A stretch of 62,387 bases of DNA, counting the filler. It is 5 parts of 5 records of this genome, joined end to end, with 100 filler letters (N's around TTAATTAATTAA, not from the genome) between each part and the next. Parts side by side here need not be neighbours in the genome. Positions count along the whole stretch, not along the records: positions 31,529 to 39,518 come from DRR723986_8967; positions 39,619 to 53,367 come from DRR723986_8969; 3 more parts are not named here. The stretch is one strand, 5' to 3'. The notes under the pieces are model-generated. The model had not been told where the DNA came from. It ran no database searches and saw only the letters and a list, made by a program, of their open reading frames with translations. This document shows positions 39,064 through 48,400 of this stretch, one piece after another (positions within the stretch are counted from its first letter, which is position 1; each line of letters opens with the position of its first letter). The translations under genes and the position numbers were made by a program.

Positions 39064-39518
39064 ATGAGCCGCTTCTCCGCCCCGATTGCCGAAGCCATCT
39101 GGGACATGAAATACCGGCTCAAACAGGCCGATGGCACGCCCATTGACCAATCCATCGAGGATACATGGCGCCGAATCGCCCGCGCCTTGGCAGCGGTCGA
39201 ACGCGACCCCGCCCAGTGGGAAGACCGATTCTATGCTGCGCTGGAAGATTTCAAATACCTGCCCGCCGGCCGCATCACCGCAGGCGCAGGCACCGGGCGC
39301 AACGTCACCCTGTTCAACTGTTTCGTCATGGGCACCATCCCGGACAGCCTGTCGGGCATCTTCGAGGCCTTGCGAGAAGCCGCGCTGACCATGCAGCAGG
39401 GCGGTGGTATCGGCTATGACTTCTCGACCATTCGCCCCAAGGGCGCGGATGTGATGGGCGTGGCCGCAGACGCTTCTGGCCCGCTCAGCTTCATGGATGT
39501 CTGGGACGCCATGTGCCG
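39064..39518 (+). CDS. nrdJ: Class II (adenosylcobalamin-dependent) ribonucleotide reductase, 5' part
   Basis: IWDMKYR, YLPAGRITAGAGT..TLFNCFV, TMQQGGGIGYDFSTIRP, ASGPLSFMDVWDAMC. Confidence 0.92.
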
Positions 39519-39618
39519 NNNNNNNNNNNNNNNNNNNNNNNNNNNNNNNNNNNNNNNNNNNNTTAATTAATTAANNNNNNNNNNNNNNNNNNNNNNNNNN
39601 NNNNNNNNNNNNNNNNNN
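39519..39618. other. Artificial contig linker
   Basis: N44-TTAATTAATTAA-N44. Confidence 0.98.
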
Positions 39619-39956
39619 CCCCCCAGCCAATAGATGGATATTGCGGTCGGCCGGGGCGTGGGAACGTCTTTGCCGACGCGCGGAAGACAAGCGATCAGCC
39701 GCGAGACGGCCTTGGCTCGTGCCGGACCGAACAACGGTACATCGGTGAAGCGGCCCAGGAGCGTCTCCAGTCTTTGCCGCGCAGCCGCCTCTCCCGCATG
39801 AGCCAGCGTCGCCGCCTCAACCCAGGGATCGACGCCAAGCCGGGCGAGCATTGAAAGCACGGTGACACTGGTTCCGCGAACATCGTCGCCGACGGTGGCT
39901 TGTAGAAAAAGGTCGTATTGCGGGTCTTGTCTCAGTCTGTTCGGTACGTATGCCAT
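39619..39956 (-). CDS. Conserved-looking hypothetical protein (3' end truncated)
   Basis: YDLFLQATVGDDVRGTSVTVLSMLARLGVDPWVEAA..L; coherent ORF. Confidence 0.65.
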
Positions 39957-40678
39957 CTGAGGATCCTTGCGGGCACTGTCCGTTTCGGCAGAATTCGCCG
40001 GGGACCTGGCTCCGATTTAACCGAAGCGGGTCAGAGCCCTGCCTTCGGTTTCGTTCATCCTATGAGAAATCACGCAGCCCGGTACTTACCCAGATCAGTG
40101 GTTGGAGGAAGAAAAGCCTTTGGCAGAAGCCGTGTTCCTTAGGCCGGACCGTATTCGGGCAGCGATGTCTGAATAGTCGGCACGGTCGCACATACGCTTG
40201 ACTATGCAGCTCAGGGAATTCGGTTCTTGCTCAAGAAAGCCGACGGTGCGGTATCTGACGGAATAGCGTCGCGTGATAACCACTTGCAGCAGAACCGCTG
40301 TCTACGCTGACTGAAGCTACAGTGACAGCACTCTGCATTGCGACATTGATAGAGACCACATGCCGTCATCCTGACCGTTCAATGAATGACTGGTATCCAC
40401 GCAGCCGCTGGCGCGTGGCAGATAACGGGATTGGGTTCGGTTCAGTGAAGTCACGCATCGGAAGCGATTCATCAATAGCAGTGCGGGCTCCCTGCGCGTC
40501 TTTGAGCCCACTGGCCTGATCTGTATCAGTGCCGCTTGAATACCTGAGAGCGTAAGGTCGGTGAAAGACGCACATTCACTGGTTGAAGAGCAGCGCGCAG
40601 GGTTCGGCGGACGCGTCCCGGCAAGGGTTCTGTAAATGCACCCGGTCCTGTGAAAGAACGGAACCAACGAGGTCCCAA

Positions 40679-41386
40679 ATGCGAAAATTCAGAAACAAAG
40701 CCCGCTCCACCGGCTCCCTCGAGGCCGACCACCGGATCGCCAATCACCTGGCCTTGCTGTCCAGTTACGTACGCCTCAAGGGGATCGGTCTCACGAGACA
40801 GGAAGGCCCATTGGAGGCCATGGAAGTTGCGTTGTTGTTGAACGCGATCAGTGCACATATCCAGGCCGTGTCGGACCTGCACCGGATACTTGCCGGCAGC
40901 GGTTCCGAAGACGAAGTTCAGTTGGGGGATCTTCTGGGCCAGATTTGCACAACCCTCAGGTCGGGCATTGCGGACGACGTCAATTTTACCGAAACCTACG
41001 CGCCTGACTGTGCCTTGAAATTCGATCATGTGCTCCCCGTTGCGCAGATCTTTACCGAGATTGTCACAAACGCTCTCAAGTATGGTCATCGCGCCGGTGC
41101 TGTCAGGCGGATCGGGATTGCCTGTCGAAAAGATTTCAGCGGATCGATCCTGATTACGGTCAGCGACAACGGACCAGGTCTTGGGAGTGCCGGCACCGGC
41201 AAGACCGACGTAGGATTGGGAACACGACTGGTAAAGGCGCTGTCTGCTCAAATCGGTAGCTCGATCGATTATTCATCAAGTGAGAGCGGCGTGACCGCAA
41301 GACTGACGTTGGCAAGTGCCAGCGCCGTGTTCGACCGGACGCTGAACCCGGACGAGCCACGCACAAGCATCAACAGGAACAGCTAG
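40679..41386 (+). CDS. HisKA_2/HWE-type histidine kinase lacking a sensor domain
   Basis: EADHRIANHL H-box near the N-terminus, EIVTNALKYG N-box, VSDNGPG, GLGTRLV. Confidence 0.85.
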   Translation: MRKFRNKARSTGSLEADHRIANHLALLSSYVRLKGIGLTRQEGPLEAMEVALLLNAISAHIQAVSDLHRILAGSGSEDEVQLGDLLGQICTTLRSGIADDVNFTETYAPDCALKFDHVLPVAQIFTEIVTNALKYGHRAGAVRRIGIACRKDFSGSILITVSDNGPGLGSAGTGKTDVGLGTRLVKALSAQIGSSIDYSSSESGVTARLTLASASAVFDRTLNPDEPRTSINRNS

Positions 41387-41507
41387 GGACCGGAGCGGAT
41401 TTGGCGTGTCATGGGTTGAGCCGGCCCTTGTCGCGATATGTGCCGTGCTCTGTTCGACGTTTCCCGATACCGCAGCGTCCAATGAATTCCCGGTCGGCAT
41501 TCCAACT

Positions 41508-42380
41508 TCAATCATCGAGCACTGTGTGATGCACTTCGACTGACATTTCTGCCAGAGCGTTCCCGGGTCCCATAAAACTGCCGGCAACCGGGACGACCTG
41601 ATGAATTCCGCGAGCGACGGCAACGGGGATAAGATTTTTGGATCCGACGCTTTGGTTCGTGGGATCGAAAGCGACCCATCCCGCACCTGGTACGAAGACT
41701 TCCGCCCATGCATGGGTGGAGCCTGTACTTTCGTGACCCAAGAGACGCTTATCGGGATCGAAGAGATAACCGGAGACGATTCGGGCTCCGAAACCAAGGC
41801 TTCGCACGGCCTCTGCGAACAGGACCGCGATGTCACGACACGATCCGGATCCACGCGAAAGCGTGTCCCGCGGCATCTGCGTACCTTCCATTTCACGGCT
41901 TAGATAGGCAACGCTGGACGAGACACCAATCGCGATGTCCCTCAGCAAGGACAACGTATCCGTTGGACGCCCAAGGACGAAACCTTCAGCCCATCTGGAC
42001 AGTTGGCCGTCAGGGTCGCAATATTGCGGTGTTACAAGCGCCCCGAGATCGGTCCGGTCGTCATCGGAGTAGAAAAGCGGATAATTGATGGCCTCGGCAG
42101 CGATGGTGAATACCGGCCAGGCCGACGCGGTGAGTTCAACAGTTGCGCGACTTTCGACGAGCAATTGATTCGTCGGCGCGCTGAACCTGGCAGTCGCGAC
42201 AGCATTGCCCGCGACATCATGGGCCCAGGTGATTTCTGCCTCTGGCGACACTGTCAAGTCGTGCGAAATGAGCCGCAGGTCGTGCGCTTCACGCGGCCGC
42301 AGCATCATCCGGTGCGGTCCAAGCAAGACCGGTTGCAGATAGCGATATGTGGTCACGTGATATGTGCTCAGCGTCGTCAT
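41508..42380 (-). CDS. Transglutaminase-like family protein
   Basis: HVTTYRY..PV.LGPH, DVAGN, GSCRD, ARIVSGY, THAWAEV..PGAGW..FDPTN (Cys-His-Asp triad). Confidence 0.92.
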   Translation of the reverse strand: MTTLSTYHVTTYRYLQPVLLGPHRMMLRPREAHDLRLISHDLTVSPEAEITWAHDVAGNAVATARFSAPTNQLLVESRATVELTASAWPVFTIAAEAINYPLFYSDDDRTDLGALVTPQYCDPDGQLSRWAEGFVLGRPTDTLSLLRDIAIGVSSSVAYLSREMEGTQMPRDTLSRGSGSCRDIAVLFAEAVRSLGFGARIVSGYLFDPDKRLLGHESTGSTHAWAEVFVPGAGWVAFDPTNQSVGSKNLIPVAVARGIHQVVPVAGSFMGPGNALAEMSVEVHHTVLDD

Positions 42381-42498
42381 GTGGGTCTCTCTGATATTTG
42401 AAGCAAGAAGGGCGCACGCTCACAGTGCTCAGCCGGCAAACTGATGTCGACACGACGCGAGCAGTTCTCTTTCCGCAGCCGCCTTTAACCCGGCTCTG

Positions 42499-45400
42499 TC
42501 ACACGGCAGGTGTCTTTGGCTCGACATGACTGAGGCCAAGGAACAGATCGTGAGAGGTACCGTCGAGCGGCAGAAATACCTCCGTCCCTGCTGCGATCTC
42601 CAGCCCGTCAAGCCGCGCCATAGCATCTTCAGTATGGACTACCCGAATTTCGCACAAGGTATCCGCTACTTTCAGACGTGCCGAAAAGCCTGGCCAGTCC
42701 GCCGGGATGTTGGGTGCCACGCGCAGGCGATTTCCTTCACGGGTAATGCCGAGGATCCCCTCAATCGCGGCCCGGTGCATCCAGGCGGCTGAGCCCGTGT
42801 ACCAGCTCCAACCACCACGCCCGACATGCGGCGCAACGGAATAGACATCGGCTGCGACGGCATAAGCTTCGGTCTTGTAACGCTGTGCGGCATCTGCCGT
42901 TAGCGTGTGGTTGATGGGATTGACCAGCGAGAACAGCTCGGCAGCGCGGTCGCCGCGTCCCAGTCTCCCCCAGGCGAGGATCGCCCACATTGCGGCATGG
43001 CTGTACTGTCCGCCGTTCTCGCGAAGGCCCGGCGGGTAGGCGGCAATATATCCAGGATCGTTGTCCTCAGGCGTGAGGTCCGCTCCGAATGGTGGCGTGA
43101 ACAACAACGAAAGTCCGTCGTCGCGGTCTACAAGAAGGCGGTCGAAGGCTTCCATCGCTCGCATTGCGCGCGCGGGATCGGCCTGGCCCGACAGCACCGC
43201 CCAGCTTTGCACGATCGAATCGATACGGCAGGCGCGCGCAGGCGCGGTACCGAGCCAGGTGCCATCGTCAAAGGTCGCCCGGCGATACCAGTCTCCATCC
43301 CATCCGTTTGTCTCCATGGACTGGCGCAAGGCCTCAGCCCTCGTCCGCCAGCGTTGTGCAATTGCCGGGTCGCGCGGCTCGGCCAGTGGAATAAAAGCGT
43401 TCAGCGTTTGCAGCAGAAGCCAGCCTAACCAGATGCTTTCACCGCGGCCTTCGGCACCGACGCGATTCATGCCGTCGTTCCAGTCGCCTCTGCCGATCAG
43501 AGGCAGGCCAAAAGGGCTGGTCAGTGTCAGGGCGCGATCCAGCCCGAGCACACAGTGCGTAAAAAGCGAGGCGTCGTCGTCGGCTTCGTCGGGCAGGAAG
43601 AAGGCATCGTGCTCGCCATCGCATAGGCGATGCCCCTCCAGGAATGGAACACGTTCGTCAAGCACAGCTGTATCACCCGTGCTCGCCACATAGGCGGCCA
43701 CCGCGTGACCGAGCCAGACGCAATCGTCGGAGATGCGCGTGCGCACGCCCTGTCCTGAATGAGGCAACCACCAATGTTGCACGTCGCCCTCGGGAAACTG
43801 ACGGGCGGCAGCACGCAGCAAGTGGGCACGGGTCTGCCTGGGCCGGGTCAAAGTGAGGGCCATGTTGTCCTGCAACTGGTCACGGAAACCATAGGCACCG
43901 CTTGCCTGATAGAAGGCCGCGCGTGCTTCGATCCGGCAAGCGAGGGTCTGATAGGGCAGCCAGCCATTGACCATGATGTCCATCGCCCGATCAGGTGTCT
44001 CGATCTGGAGAGCGCCCAGAGTTTCGGTCCAATACTTTTGAACGTCCGCCAGCATCTTGAGCGGATCTGAGGAGCGAAGGCGCCGGACCAGTGCACCAAC
44101 TGTCGCCGCATCGGCGCATTGGCCGAGCAAATGCAAAAGCTCGACGCTTTCGCCCGGGGCAAGCACAACGGCCTTCATTTGCGCCAGACAGGGGTCGACC
44201 CCGGCCCCTAGCCGGCCCGAAAGAATTGGCTGGCTGTGCATCGCTGCGGGGGCGGCAGCGCTCCCCCCCGATCCTAGAAACTCCGTCCTATCGCCTGTCC
44301 AGCTTTCAACGCCCGCCCCTGGGCCGTAAAGGCCGGTGAACATGACACGGCCTGGAAAAGTGGTGTTCCAAGGATTGCATACCAACAGGGCTCCGGTCTC
44401 GCTGTCACGTGAACTTACAAGAAAAGGTGCAGAGGCGGCACGCGACACTCCCATCACCGGTTCGCTATAGGCGGCAACGCTAAGATGGCGCGGCTTCCGG
44501 CCGGTATTCTTCAGGCGCAGCACCGAGACCCGCACCGGATCTTCGCGAGGCACGAATTGCACCAGGTCACAGGCAATACCGTCCGCCTGATGTTCGAATT
44601 TGCTGTAACCGAACCCATGCCGCACGATATACAGCCCGGTCTCTTCTCCGAACCCATTCCATGTCTTGCGCAACGGATGGATGGTCGGCGAGATCAGCGC
44701 GCCGCTGTCGTCGTCTCGGATATAAAAGGCCTCACCCGCCGGATCTGCCACGGCATCGTTGGACCAGGGTGTCAATTGGTTGTCCCGGCTGTTTTCGGCC
44801 CACGTAAACCCGCTCCCGCTGGCCGATACCTGGAAACCGAAACCGGGATTTGCAATAACGTTGATCCAGGGAGCGGGAGTCGTGTCGTTCGGGCCGAGCA
44901 GGATTACGTATTCCCGCCCATTCTGGTCAAAACCGCCGGTGCCGTTGAAGAATTCCAGATTTTCACCAGCGGCCAGAAGATCTTCTTGACGATCGGGAGC
45001 CGCGGACTTGTCGGTTATCCTCGAAGTGGTGTACCCGGCCGGTTCCGGAGGAATGTCTGCTAATCTCTCTTCGGCAAGGAAAAGGTCAGGATCCTTCAGC
45101 ACCATGACAAGCTGATCACCAATTTTGCCGCGACGTGCCAAAAGAACCACCCGTGCGGCTGCCAGAAGCTGCGCGCGGGCCTCCGGTGCGACCAGATCGG
45201 AGCGAAGTGCGTACACCGCTCCCCGCACACGCTGTTCGCCGCTGCGTGGCCTGGAGTGGCTGCTGCGCAGGGCAGTGTCTATCGCCGCCTGCAGGTCCTT
45301 CACATAGGAGGCAGGGTTTTCGTTGAGAATAACAAGGTCCACGGACAGTTGTTTGCCAAGCCAGTATTCGTGAGCTTGTAGCAACGCGCGGACCTGTCCG

Positions 45401-48400
45401 ATGTCTGCCGGATCGTCGATGCGCAGCAGCACGATAGGCAGATCCCCCGAAATTGCCAGTGGCCACAAGCCCGATTGCCGCCCAGCCCCCTTTGCCAACA
45501 CGGCAGCGGGTGGCCGGAACCTGACGTCGTGATAAAGGATCGGCGCTGCGAGGCGCTGGAAACTAGCGGCTTCATCCGGCGAAATGCCGAGATGACGCAA
45601 TTGCACTTGAGCCTGGGTCCATGCCAGCGTTCGAGCGCGGTCATAGGCATTGCTGTCATGATGACGATCGATCAGGTCGATCAGCGCCTCTCGGCTACCT
45701 GCGGCAACCATCCAGACCATCAGACGTGCGGTATCCCCCGGCGCGATGCGCAGCCGGTTGCGCAAGGCGAAGACTGGATCGAGCACGGTTCCGGTTCGGC
45801 CTGCCAGCGGGCCGGGGCGAGTTGTGGCACGGGGCCGAGCCTGTTCCTCGTCGCGGCCAAGCGCTGTGGCTCGGTCGCTGTCATACTGCAAGGGGGCACT
45901 CGTCTCGCCCTCCACGCTCATGAACTGTGCGGCCCAAATCTCCGGCTCGTCCGGACTACGACGGCGGCGCCATGCAATCAAAGCACCGTATTCGGGCAGA
46001 AAGTCGGTCTGCACGAACATCCGTGAGAAAGCAGGATGAGCTGCTTCAGAGGCGGGGGCTGCCAGCGTCAGTTCGACATAGGATGTTACATCGAGCTCGC
46101 AAACACTGCGCCCTGAATTGGTGACAGACAAGCGGCGCACCTCTGCATCGGCCTCACCGGAGACGAGGATGTCGAGCACCGTGTCAAGCCGCCCCGTTTG
46201 GGACGTGAAGGTCGCGTGGTCTTCGAAAAACTGAACTTCCTGCAGAGTCTTTGCCGTCCCTTGCTCACAGGGGCCAAAGCTCTGCTCCGTCCCGTCCGAA
46301 ATGTCCCGCAGGTGCAGCAAAGCGCCCTGATGGTCACGTGTCGCATCCTCTCGCCAGCGGGTCAGGGCGATGTCTCCCCAACGGCTATAACCTCCTCCAG
46401 ACGCGGTCACCATGACTGCATAATGCCCGTTCGACATCAGATGGCTGATGGGCGGACCGCTCGGACAACCGGAGATCCGACGTCCTCTCTCCACTTCCGA
46501 AGGTTGCATGAGTGTCATCGCCGGCTCTTCGAGAGGTGGAAGAGTGCGGGCGATGTCGCGTGGTAACCGTTCCTGCAGCAGCAGTTCGCTGGCATGGATC
46601 ATCGGCTCGCGGTGGAAGCGCGCACGCATCTGCCCGTCATTCAGTGCATTGGCAATGGCCGCGACGGTCATTCCCTGATGATGGGCCATATAGCTTTGCA
46701 CCACAGCAACCCGCTGGCCGGGCAGCACCCGGCCGGGTGTAAAATCCAGCGCTTCATAGAAGCCGTAGACTCCAAGTCCCCCCTGCTCTTCGAGCGCGTC
46801 ATAGTTGCAACGCGCCTCAGCAGGATCGAGCATCGCAGCAAGGCCGGTGGCATAGGGTGCGATCACAAGATCACCGGCAAGGCCGCGCTTCAACCCCAGT
46901 CCGGGAACACCGAAAGAGGAATACTGGTAGGTGAATTCCATATCCCGCGCATTGAAACCGGATTCGGAGATCCCCCAGGGAACACCTTGAGCCTCGCCAT
47001 AGGCGATCTGGCGTGCGACGGCCAACTGGCAGGTGCGTCCAAGCTGACCGCCTTCGGGTTCGCGCATCACCAGTTCAGGCATCAGGTATTCGAACATCGA
47101 TCCGGACCATGAAACAAGCGCTGTTCCGCCACGAACCGCAGTCGAGGCACGGCCCAGCCGGAACCAATGACGTAGAGGGATATCTTGTTTGGCAACGGCT
47201 AACAGGCTCGCCAGACGGGCTTCGGACGCCAACAGGTCGTAGCAGGCCGGGTCGAGCGCGTTTTCGTGCACCGAATAGCCGATCGAGAGCAGTTTGCGCT
47301 CCGGGTTCAACAGAAAGGCGAAATCCATCTCCATCGCCAGTCTGCGTGCGGTTTCGCCGAGCTGTCGCAGATGCCCGGCGAGGTCGGCGCGGTCGATGCC
47401 ACACCCAACCGCGTCTGTAGCCAGTTCGTTCAAACTGTCGCGCAACAGTGACAGCCAGGATCGTGCGCTTGCATCTGGCAGGCTGCTGGCCCAGGGCGAG
47501 TTTTCTGCTTCGGCGACGAGGCGTTGCAAGGCGGGCCAGTCGATTTCGGCCTGTGCCAGGCTATCGCGAAACGAGCGCATCGTAGCAGGGAAGGAAGGAT
47601 CCGGTGGCGTACCGGCCCCGACTGCGTCGATCTCCACCAGATCCAGCAGATCGGCGAGACCGCAGCGGCGGCGTTGCAGATCAAGGGCGGGCGCTTCCGC
47701 CCATTCTTCACACGCATTGGCCAGCGCGATCAGATGTCCGGCCAGATTTCCGCTGTCCACCGAGGAGATGTAGGGAGGGTCGAGAACCCGGCCATCCTGA
47801 GTGTTGTACCAGTTGTAGAAATGTCCTTTGAGACGCGGCAACGTTTCCATCGAACCAAGGGTCGCGGAGACCCGCCCGGCGGCCTGTTTACGGCTGATCC
47901 AGCCGAAGTCGCGTGCTGCCACGGTTGCCAGAAGATAGAGCCCGATATTGGTGGGAGAGGTGCGGTGGGCAATCGAAGGACTGGGATTTTCCTGAAAATT
48001 ATCTGGCGGCAAATGGCCGTCTTCCGCGGTGACGAATGTCTCGAAATAGCGCCAGGTCTGGCGGGCGATCAGACGCAGCGCCCGTGCGTCCTGTGGCGTC
48101 AGCGTTGCTTCGAGCCCTGGCCTGGGAACCTTGCTCACGCTCAAGGCGATGAAAGGTGCAGAAAGCCAGAGCCCGGCGAAGGGCAGGATCAGCGGCAGCG
48201 AAGCCGGGGCGGCAACTGCGGCCATGCCGGCCAGGGTCAGTCCCAGTGTTGTGCCAGGCGCCATGGCGCGCACGAAGCCGCCCAGATCCGGGCGCGGTGC
48301 GGCGGCGAGGGAGGCGGCGGTGGTCCATTGCAGCAAGTGCCGCCGGGAGACGAGCAGCCGCCACAGCGTGCGGGTGATGGCGTCGAGCGAACGCCAGCTG

